Positions 12,230 through 25,870 of a stretch of 64,000 nt of DNA are shown here, in pieces. Origin of the DNA: Octopus bimaculoides (taxonomy: Eukaryota). Each line of letters starts with the position of its first letter. The first letter of the stretch is position 1. The notes below the pieces were generated by a model. It made no database searches and was not told the DNA's origin. It saw only the letters and a program-made list of their open reading frames with translations. Both the position numbers and the translations under genes were made by a program. The DNA is taken from assembly GCF_001194135.2 (NCBI RefSeq), contig NC_068987.1, positions 40,485,210 through 40,549,209 on the forward strand, in the 5' to 3' direction.

Positions 12230-14210
12230 TAGTGGAACAGTGTAGTTGACAGGGCATATTTGAGTGAAGAAACAAGCCTGGAAGGACAAGAAGGGCGGAC
12301 AAGAAGCAAGGAACTATATCAGGTAGCTAGAAAGGAAGCTAGGAGAAAATTATACTTAAAGTAAAGTTAAATTACCTTCTTGAGTCATGCCAACTCATAA
12401 GAGCCAGTTCCCCAGTTTTCACGGTGTATAAATTCTCCACCTGGACAGGATGCTGATCCATTGCAGGATTACTCATTTTTGCCAGCTGAGTGGACTGGAG
12501 TAACGTAAAATGAAGCATTTTGCTCAAGAACACTATGTGTTGCCTGGTCCAGGAATTGAAACCACAATCTTACGATCATGAGGCCAACACCCTAACCACT
12601 AAGCCATGCACTTCCACTGCAGTTATATTTAGCCAGGGATGAAGCAGAAAAGAATGCCAATGTTCTGTAGTGTGAGAATCAATGGCTTGAAGTATTTCAG
12701 TTTGCAAGACAGTGTGTCAGGTAAAATTGTGATGTTGTAGGAGAGAAGTGCATTCTCATGGATGATGGTTTACTCTGCAAAGAAAGTGGCTTGGAAGTGC
12801 CACTATGAAAGGCTGCTAAAGGTAGAGAATACACAGGAGAAGGATACACAGAAGCTTGGGATAGATGAATGGTTGGTGAGAGCTGTACAAGCTATGTACA
12901 GGGATGCTGTCAGTACAGTGAAGGTTGGCAATGAGCATAGCAAGGAATTCAGTGTACAGGTGGAGTTTACCAAGGATCAATTCTCAACACCCTGGTGTAC
13001 ATCATAGTCCTCCAGGCTATAACAGAGAAATTTAAGACTGGCTACCTTTGGGAGCTCCTCTATGCTGATGACTTAGTTCTTGTGGCTGAATCACTAACAG
13101 AACTCGAGAAGAAATTTCAGGTGTGGAAGCAAGGCCTTAGAGTTTAGGTTAGTAGGAAAACAGATAAATCACAAATGCCTTCAGGGTGATGGCCCTGTTC
13201 AATATGTAGATAAGGTGTAGGTAGAAATTTGACAAAGTGTACCCAGTGCAAGCTATGGACACATAAGAGGTATCAGAGAGAGGTTAACAGAGAAAGTAGT
13301 CTTTGTCTGTGGCAGGTGTATAGTACAATAAACACTAGGAATATACAGAAAATAGACCCTGTCAAATGCCCAAGAGAATATTTAGAAGTAGTAGATGACT
13401 TCCAATATCTAGGTGACCAAGTCACTAGTGGAAGTGGATGCTCTGAGAGCATAGCTGCTAGACTATGAATAAGCTGGGCAAAGTTCAGAGAGTGTCTACC
13501 TTTGTTGGTAACAAAGGGCCTTTCCTTCAGAGTATGATACCATGCAGAGTATGATGCCATGCAGAGTATGATGCCAGATTGTATGATGCCATGCTATATG
13601 GCAGTGCAAAGGCTTATAAGAAATGAAGCTAATATGCTTCACTGGATGTGCTATATCAGCGTGCATGAACAACAGATTGTAAGCATATTGAGAGAAAAAT
13701 TGGGTATAAGAGGCATCAAATGTAGTGTGCAAGAGAGAAGACTGCACTGGTATGCTCATGTGATGAATATGGATGAGGATACCTGTGTAACGAAGTGGCA
13801 ATCTCTAACAGTGGAAGGAACCTGTGGAAGAAGTTGATCCATGGAATGAAGTGGTGAAGTATGATCTTTGAATGTTGAGTCTCATGGAAGCAGTGACAAG
13901 TGATCAAGTCCCTTGGCGATTTGCTGTGCTTTAGAAGACATGTCAAGCTAAGTGAAATTGTATTTATGGCCAGTGCTGGCGACACGTAAAAGGCAGTCAT
14001 GCCAGCAACACGTACAAGGTACCCATGCTAGTGACACATAAAGGGTATCTGTGTCGGTGACACATAAAAGGCACCCACTACACTTTGTGGTTTAGTTGGC
14101 TTCAGGAAGGGCATCCAGCCATAGAAACCAAGCCAAACCAAACTGGAGCCTGGTATTGCTCTCCAGCTTCAACTCATGCCAGTACAGAAAACTATACTAC
14201 ATGTTGTTGA
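12230..14210 (+). mobile_element. Fragmented RTE LINE (3' part) containing a minus-strand tRNA-derived SINE at about 12370-12620
   Basis: WELLYADDLVL at about 13050, KLGIDEWLVRAVQAMY, ERRLHWYAHV, then a 3' UTR and GAT tail. The SINE shows a tRNA-like head near 12570-12615. Confidence 0.8.
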
Positions 14211-14965
14211 TGATTATATACACACACACACACACATAGATATTTGAGCGGTCTATCCCTTATTCAATTAATGTGTCTTGTCTAGCAAGCTACATGGTGA
14301 CCATGCTGGTATCATTTAAAAAACACTGAGTACATTCTGTAAAGTTGTTGGCATTAGGAAAAGTATCCAGCTGTAGAAACCATGGAAAAATAGATGTTAA
14401 ATAATGGTGGAGATGATGATTATATATATTTATACATACAGACACACACACACACACACATATATAAATGTATGTATGTTTATAAATCTAATAAACACTA
14501 TTAGTTTTATGCAATAAGAGCATGCCAGACAATATTTTTTAACACATCTAGTGTCTCAGTGTAATCTTCAGGCACCGCCCACATGGAATAACAAACTAAA
14601 AATGGGACAATAGGATGACAGAAGTGAGAAAAGGTGAGAAGGAAGTATATATTAAAGGTGGACAGTTGAAAGACTGGAAAACAAAAAGAAAACAGAAAGA
14701 AGCAAAAGCTGGGAGGAACTAAAGTTATTTCCCTTTTGACCATAAAATATATGGCTGAAAAGTTAGTGGCTTAGAGTCTGTGGTACAGCTTTTTAATTCG
14801 GTTGGTAAGCAAGCTACTTACCACACAGCCACTCCTGCCTCTATAAATGTAAAGGCAGACGAAATAAAGCATTTTGCCATGTGTGCTAACATTTCTGCCA
14901 GCATTAATGTGCAATGTTGAAGACAGAATAGGAGAAATAATAAGAACAAATGGGAGGGGTAGAAT

Positions 14966-14969
14966 ATGA

Positions 14970-15001
<32 letters not shown>

Positions 15002-15056
15002 AGAAGAAGAAGAAGAAGAAGAAGAAGAAGAAGAAGAAGAAGAAGAAGAAGAAGAG
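14966..15056. repeat. (GAAA)n/(GAA)n microsatellite
   Basis: Directly visible. Confidence 0.95.
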
Positions 15057-16204
15057 ATGGTGGAAGGAAAGAACATAGGAAAAAGACATGGATATAGAAG
15101 AGAGCAGAATTTGCAAGTTGCTATCTGTTTTGCCAGCGGTCTGCCATTTGTTATTAAGATAATGTGGTAAGGAAAACAGTTGATAACACAGACACATACA
15201 CACATACACACAGAGGCACAAAAGAGCATACAAATACTATTTGTTTTATCAAATATATAGAATTTCTTAATAGAGGCACAATGTCAATTAGGGAGAGGAA
15301 TACAATATCAATATATTCTGGAGAGAAGATATAGATGGGTGAGTGGATAGAAGACAATCAACTGAGAGATTTGTGGTTCATATCCAGTCATCAGTACTGC
15401 ACATCTGTTGTCAACTCTGAAATGGCTTACTCCACCTAGTTGTAAATAAAAAACGACTAACCGACACTCCATCGGTTACAATGATGAGTGTTCCAGTTGA
15501 TTCAATCCACAGAACAGCTTGTTTGTGAAATTAAGATGCTGAGCACTTCACAGACATGTATAACCTAGACATAGCTCTTAGGAAGATTCAGCGTGACACA
15601 GAATGTGATAAGGGTGGCCTTTTGAAATAAAGCTATTACTCATTTTGCCATCTGAATGGACTGGTGCAATGTGAAATAAAGTGCTTTGCTTAAGGACATA
15701 ACATGCCACCAGGTACTGAACTCATGACCCTATGATCATGAGCCAAATACCCAAACTACTAAGCCACATGCCTACAGATTAGGAAATAACTTGACTTTAA
15801 ACATCAATCTAGGATATTTGCATGCACAACAGCAGCAGCATTGTACCAGATGTGAGAGCAATACTCCATTGAGGATTTTAAAAGAGGTTTGTTGAGTATA
15901 AATAATTATCAGGGGCTAAAGAGAAGGGTTGGCTAATAGGACGCTGTCCTAACTATGTTAGGGACATGCTTTCACAAAGAAAGATCCTTGATAGTGAGAC
16001 CCAGTAATTAGAGTGATTTTGAAGGCTCAAACTGAGTACTGCTCATAATTAATAATGATAGGGTTTGATGACGTTTATTTGATATGAGAAGCATGTTTTC
16101 TTGCAGTTGACAGAGACAAAATTGGCCAATCCCTTTCAAAGCAAGACCCCAGTGAGAGAAGAGTAGGTCATCAGTAGATCAGGCTTATGGAAACTGTACT
16201 GGTG

Positions 16205-18290
16205 GTAATGAATGAATGAATGGATGGATGGATGGATGAAAAATAGATAGATAGATATCTTTCTTTATTAGCCAGGCAAGGTCAAACACAGAGGGGACAA
16301 TACAATGTAGTACTTCTCTTTTCAAAAGAAAGAAAGAAAGGAAAAAAAGTACGATCAAAAGGGATCGAAAGCATTTGGGACATGTAAACAGCAAAACAAG
16401 GCAGGGTAAAAATGTAAAACAGATTAGGTTTGTCCAAGGAAAGAAAAGCCTTCGGAAAAGACCATGGTAACCTCAGGCAGAAAAAGTAACACAAGAGCAA
16501 AGCGCTCTCTCTCTCTCTCTTTTGGATTTACAGGATCATGCTTAAAGTGGTTTCATCATTTACACGTACCATCTTTGCTACATTCACCCACCTTTTATTG
16601 AAAGTTTTATGAGATAAAACTTCCCTCTCTATTCCCACCTTTCTTTTCAAGTGGTACTTGAAAAGTTGATGATTGATTGGCCAGAGAGGAAAGTGTTTGT
16701 CTCTAAACCTTTCACATGAGTCAACCACACACATTCTTTCACCATAGCCACCAGTACAATGAAAACTGCCTTGCCTTCCTGGTTAAAGGAAGGTGGCAGG
16801 GCAATATTCACGATAGACTCAGCCGATAACTGAATTTATCCTACATATGACAGCAGCCATTCAACATAAGTCCACAGGTCAGAAATGGTTGGACACTGCA
16901 CGAGTTCATGCAGAATGGTTTCATCACTCTGACCGTATCTCAAGCAAGTCGGTCCGGTGTATCTCAAACCGTACCTGTAGAGCTTATCCTGAACAGGCAA
17001 TGCTTCCTGATAGCACTCCAGGCCAGGGATCTCTGGTGATTTTTCATAGGTCCCGGCCCGAAAGTTGTCCTGAAGAGGCGGGTTAGGTGATCCCCGTTGA
17101 CACCCAGATTCTCCCCAAGAATGTCATCACACCTCCCCTCAACTAATCTTCTACAGAATGCCTATGTGGAATTAAAGTCGCACAAGTTTGGTCCCAGACA
17201 GCAGAGTTGCTTGAGAGCAAGGTGGCACTCACAATGCCATTCGCCTAGCTTCAGTCTCTGTTTGATCCATGACTGCAGTTTGGCCAAAGAGATGAGCTGC
17301 AGGAAAGCACGCCTCACAAACGGCAACCACACCTGTTCACCATTGTCTATGAAGTGCTGGAGATGTCGCAGTCTCAGTGTATGTCTGCACATCATCAACC
17401 ACGGCATGCCCAGCTCTCCATTTAGCAGGTGTTGACAGTAAATGGATCACCTAACCATCGGAATGCTTCCCTTCCACAAAAAGTGGAAGAATATGCATTC
17501 CAGTTTGGTGACGGTAGGGTTAGGACAAGGGACGATGGTCAGGGAGTAATAGATGATGGATGTGATGTACATGTTTACCACCTCCACCCGACTTTTTAGG
17601 GATAGCTTTCTCTTGGCCCATTGCTGGGTGAGAGTGGCTACCCTACTTGTTATCTTGTCCCAGTTCTTCTCCATTTGGAGGTCCGGTCTGAGCCAGACCC
17701 CGAGCAATTTAACCAGTCTGCCGGTCCAGTGTTGGATGGCATGGGCCTACCTCTCCAGGTGCCGAGCTGCAAGCCCACTGACTTTTCTGAATAAATTTTC
17801 ACCTGCTTCATATTCTTTTAGTTTCTTGCCGATCAGGTTGATATGCCTGTGGCTCGACACTATGATGGTGATGTCGTTCGCATATGCAGACATGCCCCTC
17901 CTGCATCCCAGTTCTTGCGGAATGCTCCTCAGCATCACCAGCTTTCATAGTAGTGGCTCTAGAGCCAATATGTACAGAAGCAACAAAAGGGGGCAGCCTT
18001 GATGGACTGAACACATGATTTTAAATGGTCTTGATGAATGGATGGATGGATAGATATCTTTCTTTATTAGCCACGCAGTGCCAAACACAGAGGGGACAAT
18101 ACACTGTCGAACTTATCTTTTCAAAAGAAAGAAAGAAAAAAAAAAATACAATCAAAAGGGATCGAAAGTGTTTGGGACATGTAAACAGCAAAATAAGGTG
18201 GGGTAAAAATGTAAAACAGGTTTATCTGTGGAAAGAAAAGTCTACAAAAAAGACAGACAGACAGATAGATAGGTAGAGAGAGAGAGAAAG
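16205..18290 (-). mobile_element. Two tandem 5'-truncated Tx1/L1-clade LINE copies (about 16250-18024 and 18050-18250) embedded in GATG/GATA/GACA microsatellite
   Basis: LGVWLRPDLQMEKNWDKITSRV...WAKRKLSLKSR...FLWKG and AYANDITI are typical of the Tx1 RT C-terminal part. The same ~230-bp 3' end occurs at 16250 and 18050. Confidence 0.8.
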
Positions 18291-19245
18291 AGAGAGAGGT
18301 CTCCATTACCTTAGAGACATTAGAAGTGAGTGTACTAATTGGTAGAGTCAAAGAGGTTGCCTTTCTTTGAGATAGGGCTCGTTGACTCAATGTGTCTGTT
18401 ATATTAATATATCATTCATCATGATCCTTTGTCAACTTGATTATAAGACATTGTAATTAATTCTTCCCATACCTTTTGAATGTAGTATCATTGGTTGTTT
18501 AACTCTAAATGTCTCAGTTTTTCTGTGTAGAATTGTTTACCTTCCATATTTTTGCAATTATTCATTTGTCCTTATACTTGCTCTTAATTACACTGCGTAC
18601 TTAGACATTCTTGTATGTATCTAGCTTTTGTTTAATACTTTTTGTTAACATTGAAATAAAATAGCTTTCTATTGACCTGTCTTTCCTTCTGTCCTTTCAC
18701 AGAATGTATATGCATATATGTGCATCATTCATACATATACATTCATATACAAAAGTTAAAAAATACTACGAGTAACAAAACAGACAACATTCACTGTACA
18801 CACAAAAGCAGAGTAATAAAAGCAAAACAATACATATGCATTGAGTATTTGCATATACAAACCTCACTCAGAGTACATACATTTACAGCCCTCACTCACA
18901 GACCACATACATTTACAGAACTCACTCATAGACCACATACATATACAGACTTCACTCATACTCCACAATGAAATAAAGGCACTTTAAAAAAAAATGGAGC
19001 TTCCAACAGTTAAGCACTCAATTTTGAAGTAAGAATGTAACTGTTTTGTTGGTGTCAGCTTTACAAACTGCAACAGTTTGCTTGTGGGTTATGTGGGAGC
19101 TTTAGGTAAGTAGTGTGTCACCTTAACATCAGAGAAATTAAACTTTAAAAAAGCATTACCGTCCAACTGAACATAAAATATCACTGCACCCCTTAATTAG
19201 TCTCAAAAAAGTCAAGAGTTAAAATTTAAAAAATAGTTATCTTAC

Positions 19246-19288
19246 CTGTCTAAATGAAGCACCTATGATGTTATCGGGAAATATATTT
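19246..19288 (-). CDS. Internal coding exon (43 nt, phase 2 to 0) of the same SLC1 gene; encodes (R)NIFPDNIIGASFRQ
   Basis: Minus strand reads tatttattcttcattctcacag|AAATATATTT...AGACAG|gtaag. The peptide matches the SLC1 hallmark N-[LM]-F-P-x-N-L-V-x-A-x-F-x-Q. Confidence 0.95.
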
Positions 19289-22200
19289 CTGTGAGAATGA
19301 AGAATAAATATAATTAATTTAGTAGTAAAGTAGCAACAGTTAAGTTTCATTGCCATATTGAAGCATAATTCTGAGGTGTTCTAATCCCACAAAAGTAATC
19401 CTGGAGCCTATGATAAAGAAACCTTGTACAAAAACTTTGCTAGGAAATTTTGCACAGATATTTACTGTGCATTAACATCTGTAGCTAATTTGTTAGACAT
19501 TAGTAGAGGTTGTGAAGACTGACATTTAGTCATCTTTTATGGCTTCATTCTACTTTGGGTTTTATTGTTGGTAATAGGCTATTGGCAATAACAAATGACC
19601 TTATGAAGATATAAAGCAAAATTAAAACATATATAAACAAACATATATACTTATATTCCTTATTAAAGCATTTTGTTGTCTGGATAAAATAAAATACTTT
19701 TTGAATTACAACAACACTGATAATGTTATAGTAAAAGTGTGTTCTATTAAGTGCAATCACCACCCTCATGTTAAAGTCCATGTTTCCAGGCTTCCATGGA
19801 TCAGACATTATTCATTGAGACAGAATTTTTCTATGGCCAGATGCCCTTCCTGTAGCTTACCCTCACTTGTTTCCAAGTAAGGAAATATTTTCCATGCCCA
19901 GACATGTTTTCATGGATGATTTGAAAGAAAGGACACTGCTTGTATGACACTGACACTCATTTAAAACCATCACATGATGTCAAAATAAGAAGAAACCAAC
20001 ACAATCGTGTGTGTGCGTGTGTGTATGAGAAAGAGAGAGAGAGAGAGACAGACAGAGACAGAGAAAGGGAGGCTTTCAGTTTCCATTTACCAAATCCACT
20101 CACAAGGCTTTGGTTGGCCTAAACCTGAAATCATGTGACTGAGAACTAAAGTTCTCAGCCACACAGCCATGGTACTGTGTGTGTGTGCACGTGTGTATGT
20201 GTGTGTGTGCGTGTGCACGCGAATGCACACATGCATGTGTGTGTGTGAATCTAAAACAGTTTTATACATAAAGGGGTTAGGTGGAGTTGGTGTATCCAAA
20301 AAGTACTTTGCTTTATCTAGGTACCACCATTTTTGTTGATTTCTCTGAGCTGGAAAAAGAAATAAATTGTCATTCCTATTTGCCCTTTCTCCCTAAACTG
20401 TTTGTGAAGTATTTAAACAATTCAATGGTGAATACCCTATAACCACTAAAAGTGAATTGGTTGATTAGTTTAAATAGTTTACATGCAGCATATTCGCCCT
20501 TTCTCCCTAAACTGTTTGTAAAGTATTTAAACTATTCAATTTTAATGGTGTGTGTGAGAGTGTACACACACAAACACTTACATGTGTACATTTCCTCTCT
20601 TATTTCTCTCTGAGTAGTAGGAAGAATATTAAAATTAGGATAATAATGAAGAACTAAGGAAGAAGCATCTTAAAGTTTCAAATTTTATTCAAGGAGTATG
20701 GTAAAGGATTTTCTTTCTTTTTTTTTTTTTGTATTATCAACAAATGTATTTCTGGAGTTTTCCTTCATCCATGTAAGTTTTCCTTAAATTCTCTATATAA
20801 GTTCATGAATTTGTTGTAGTTTCTGTTTTTTATATGGAAGATCTATGATAGAATCTTTATAGTAATACACCTTGAATGTTTAACACCATTAAAATTAAAT
20901 AGTTTATGTAGAAAGGTGGAAATAGAAATTACATTGTATTTCTTGTTCTATCTCAGAAAAACCAACAAAAATGGTGGTGCTTAGATAAAACAAATAACTT
21001 TTTGGTTTACTCAGATACATTAGCTGTGCCCCCTCCTTATGTATAATTGTTAGCTATGCTGCATGTAAACTATTTAAACTATTCAACCAATTCACTTTTA
21101 GTGGTTACAGGGTATTCACCATTGTCCTTATAAAAAGAAAATAAAAATCCTGCCACACACTTCTGCATATGTAAAAAAAAATTCCATTTTGGTGAATTTA
21201 CCTATAATTAGATTCACTTTGAGAAAAAAGATTATAATATATTTGAGAACCCTCTAAGTTCTGTTCCAGAAACCACATTCATATGTCATTAAATAAATTA
21301 CAGTTGTTTTATGAAACTAGTCTAAGTTTGTGATTATTTTAGAATTATTTACAATTTAAATGAAACACATAGGTTTATTACAGCTAAAAATATAGTCTAT
21401 ACATCTTACTTAACATAAATATTACTATAAGAAAACCACAAAACTCCAGTATTCATCTTGAGAAAACATCTCATAGATGTACAGTATTAAAAAGCACAGA
21501 AATATCAGTAGCAGATGAAGTGCAATCAGCAGCAGCAATGGAATTGCTAGATTCAGGATTTCTATGTATTTACACATCATTGGTAGCAAGTATCCACAAT
21601 CACTGCAGGGTTAGACAAATTTCACCCCTACTGATATAGAAAAAACAATGATTAACAAATCACTGGTGTTGCGAATAGCTGGCAGGCTGGGAAAAATTTA
21701 TTAACAATAGAAGCAGTATTAGTTCAGAATAACAATCTTACTTACGTATTGTAAGAAAACTACAACACTGTGATATTCCACCACTACTGGATGCTTTTCA
21801 TCAGCTACTGATACTTCTGTGCTTTTTAGCACTACACATCTATACAAGATGCTTTCTCAAGATGAATACTGCAGTGTTGTGGCTTTCTTATAGTATATCC
21901 ATGTTATGTAAGATACACAGATTGCTATTCTGAATTAAAACTGCTTCCCTAACTAATAACAAAGAAACAGAGTAATGAAAGGGCATAAATAAATTTGAGA
22001 AATTAAGAAAAACTTGCAAAGTTACACTAATGAAGGGAAGCCCAAAATGCATTACAGAAGATAAAAAAAACCATTAGTTATTCCATAAGTAAACTTAAAC
22101 ATTCTGAAATAAACTTGAAAAAAGTAGGGGTCTTTATCTTATTCATGCATAAAGTTTAATTTTTATTGTACAAGTTTTTTGTACAAGTAATTACAATTAA

Positions 22201-23249
22201 CTGTCCAGAAAAATAAACGGCATGGCTGAAAAAGTCATAAAAGGATAATTATACCCTAATTTGCATTCATGAAATGTTAACAATAAAGTTGGATCAAGAG
22301 GTTTTAATGGAACCAGACTGAGATGGTAGCTGCTATCAATTAGCATCAAACATCAGCAAGCAAATACCATCTTGATAGAAATTCAGGTGACAGTTGTGAG
22401 AGCTAGCTATATGGCTGAAAAGAGATGACGAAACCTAGCTGGAGAGGTGATGTGTCGGGTGTGAGGCAGGTACCTGTTTGTTTGTATAGCAAGTCATACC
22501 TGCAAATTTCCACAATTTGAATGGTGATGATGATCCTGAAATTGACTTAAGATTGAATAAATCAGTTGACTCAGTAAGCAGAGCTTCACATCAATGAGTG
22601 GAAGCTTGAGTATTGTAAAGCAGTTGAAAGGAATGCCCTAAAACAGTGCACATTCTCTCCTGATGACCTCTGAAACTTACTGGCATCTGGTATGCAGATC
22701 TTTTGATTGGCTGCACTTGCACAAGCAAGCTGCTTCCACGTCAAATGTGTAATGTCCAATAATTATAAAGACTTGTTTGACAATAACCTCTCTACATATT
22801 CTATGATCTAGTGAGTCACATGCAACTTCCATCCAAGCCAAACACTAGCCACTCTTGCCCAAACATTCCTCCACAGAACATTATCCCACTAGTTTTCTCT
22901 TCTAGCTCATGTTTTTCACACAACTATTGACTAACAGATGTTCAAGTTGAAAATAAACTGTATCAATCTCATCAATCTTAAATGATCTGAAGGTCATGGG
23001 TTTGATCAGGTATGAGTATGCTATTTCCCTCATTGACTACAGAAGAAGAAAAAAACTAAAATAGAAAAACACTCCAAAGACTTTTGCACTGCAGTGAGTT
23101 GCTGATTATCATATGGTGGATATTAAAACACAATATTCTGTAGCATCAGAGTAGATCAAAGTTGTTGATTATCATGGGGAAAATATTTTTAAAAAAACTA
23201 AAAAAAATTATTTTTCTGTGATGCAGAGGCAGACAAAAGATAGAAGAAT

Positions 23250-24423
23250 GTAAGACTGAAAGCCCATGGGAACTACTATATGCTGATGATCTTGCCCTCA
23301 TGGCAGAATCTTTAACAGAATTAGAAAAGAAATTCCAAGTGTGGAAACAGAACCTAAAATCAAAAGGTTCTTAAAGTAAACTTAGCAAAGATCAAGGCCC
23401 TATTAAGCAAGAAATTGGATAGGACCCTTCACCCATCTAGTAAATTGATATGTAGGAAGGGTGTAAGCAGATACTCCAGTCAGTGTAACCAGTGCAAGCT
23501 ATGGACACAGGAGGTGCAGTGGAATAGTAGGAAGGCTAACAGAGAAAGTAGTGTTTGTATATGGAAGATGTACAGGAACCATAAAGACCACAGATATATG
23601 AGACACTGATTTCCTTAAATGTCCCAGTGGCTTGCTGGAAGTTGTAGATAACTTCTGCTACCTAGGTTACCTAATTAGCAGTGGACAAGGTTGTATAGAA
23701 AGTGTAAGAATGGGAAAAGCTCATAGAGCTTTTACCTCTGTTGGCAACAAAAGGTCTCTTACTTTGGGTGAAGGGAAAATTATATGATACATGTGCATGA
23801 ACTGAGATGTTGCATGGTGGTGAGACATGGGTCTTGAACACAGAAGACATGTGAAGGTTGGAGAGGAACGAAGCTTATATGCTCTACTGGATGTGCAATG
23901 CCAGTGTGCATGTACAAGAGAGCATTGGTGTATTGAGAGAAAAGTTGGGCACAGGTGGGATTATATGCAGTGTGCAAGAGAAGAGACTGTGCTGGTTGGG
24001 TCATTTGATGCAGATAGATGAGGACAGTTGCATAAAGAAGTAATCATTTAAAGTGAATGGAAGTTGTGAAAGAAGGAGACCCAGGAAGACATGGGAAAAG
24101 CATTGAAGTATTAAGGAGATAACAGAGGACCAAGATATGTGGTGCATTGCTGTACTTGAGAAGACCTGCTTGCCATAGCAGAAATGAGATCCTAAAACCA
24201 AGGTGCCACATAAAAAGCATTGGTGTAGTAGCTGGTGCCACATAAAAAGCATTGGTGTAGTAGCTGGTGCCACATAAAAAGCATCCAGTACACTCTGTGG
24301 AGTGATTGACATAAGGAAGGGCTTCCAGCTGTAGAAACCAAACCAAAACAGACTATGGAACCTGGCGTTACCAGTTCCTGCCAAACCATCCAACCCATGG
24401 AAAACGGTTGTTAAATGACAATA

Positions 24424-24430
<7 letters not shown>
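23250..24430 (+). mobile_element. RTE LINE 3' fragment
   Basis: WELLYADDLALMAES at about 23266, EKRLCWLGHLM, tandem 3' UTR units and a (GAT)n tail at about 24424. Confidence 0.85.
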
Positions 24431-24455
<25 letters not shown>

Positions 24456-24939
24456 AATATAAAAGCTGAAGAAACAGTGTGCAGGGAGCCTGGCAAAGAT
24501 TCCAAATGCGAAAGGCTTATAATATAAATTGAAAGGTAAATCAGTTACATTCATTCTTTTACAGGTTTAAAGCATTGGATTGTAGCACTGTGCTGGAGCA
24601 TCACATTTAAGGACATGTATATAGTTGATTATGCTAATCCCAGTAGTATTTTGTATGGTACTTAATTTATCAATCTTGCAAACAGGGAAAGGCAAAGTTG
24701 ATTAGGATGGGATTTGAACTCAGAAGGAAAAGAAGCTTAATCAAATATCTCAAGGTATAAGATAGGATGCTCTACTGTTCTACCAACCATCCATTGGGAA
24801 TTTTATTAATAAGGAAAAGAAATGAAGGGAATAGCGAATAAAATAATAGTTTATTGTTATCAGAATCATTGTTTTACATTCCAGAACATTCACTTGCCTC
24901 TGTGTGTATGTGTGTGTGTGTGTGTGTGTGCGTGCGTGC

Positions 24940-24982
<43 letters not shown>

Positions 24983-25249
24983 CAATTATTATGTGCTTAA
25001 GAAGTTTCTTTCAGGTTCAGTTCGATTGCATTGCATCTTGTGTATGTCTTCTACTGTAGTCCTGAGCTTGAGTAGATTTTGTAGATGGAAACTGAAAGAA
25101 GTCCAGTATATGTATGTGTCTGTGTGTGTACCTAGCATTAAAAAATATTAGTGAACACTCCTAAACCCTGCACAGAGGCAGGATGTTCATGCAGGGTTAG
25201 CAATGTGAGTCCAGTGTGGGGAGATGCAACTCCAAAGGTAAAGTCAATG

Positions 25250-25590
25250 AGGCTGAGGTAGTGCTGGAAGTGTTGATAGCAATAGCAGCAATAACACATC
25301 CGCTGGTAACAACAAAAGTGACAGCAATTGCGGTAGCAACACCAGCAGCAATAGCTACAGCAACAATAGCAACAACTACAAAAGTAACAATAGCACCAGC
25401 AATGTACCTGACAGTAGAAGCAACAATGGCAGAAACTACAGCACCAGCATCATGTCCAGCAATAACAGGAACAGCAACACCAGCAATGTATCCAGCAGTG
25501 ACAACAGTAATGGCAGTAACAAGAGCAACAGCAGCAAATAACAACAGTAACAACAGCAGCTGTAACACTAGTACAAGGGCACAGACATAG
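25250..25590. repeat. Low-complexity degenerate (GCA/ACA/GTA) trinucleotide tract
   Basis: A/T-rich peptides appear on both strands; no splice or start context was recognised. Confidence 0.7.
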
Positions 25591-25639
25591 CAATGTCAGA
25601 TCTACAGAAAATCCATTCAAGCATCATCTTAACAATCAC

Positions 25640-25870
25640 AGGTCCTCTTTTAGGATACCAGAGAGGTACAACATTATGTCCCTGGCCAGCTATGTATGGT
25701 GTTTAAAAGAGGAAGGTACACCATACATATTTAAATGGAAGCTCCTAGAACAACCAGAACCATGCCTCAATAGGAGCAAACAATGTAAGTTTCACTCAGC
25801 TAAGAGAGCAAGAATCTTGAAAAACTTGCTTGGTCTGGGGACCTTCTTAAACTCCAAAAACATTTAGCCA
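25640..25870 (+). mobile_element. Penelope-like GIY-YIG endonuclease C-terminal fragment
   Basis: SLASYVWCLKEEGTPYIFKWKLLEQPEPCLNRSKQCKF resembles the PLE pattern LS.YVW.LK......I.W.IL....P......C.LC. Confidence 0.55.

Noticed and set aside
19100-19200. Possible next SLC1 exon just downstream of the 43-nt exon
   Set aside because: Candidate acceptors lead to a stop (…KAPT*) or to no SLC1-like peptide.
24200-24290. Regularly spaced GTGCCACATAAAAAGCA units (also at 2560-3010, 47900-48180 and 55640-55780) resembling a CRISPR-like array
   Set aside because: These are tandem units in the RTE 3' UTR with non-unique spacers, in a eukaryotic context with no cas genes.
25197-25590. Mucin-like A/T/V-rich ORFs on both strands
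   Set aside because: Degenerate trinucleotide repeat with no convincing splice sites or link to the SLC1 frame.
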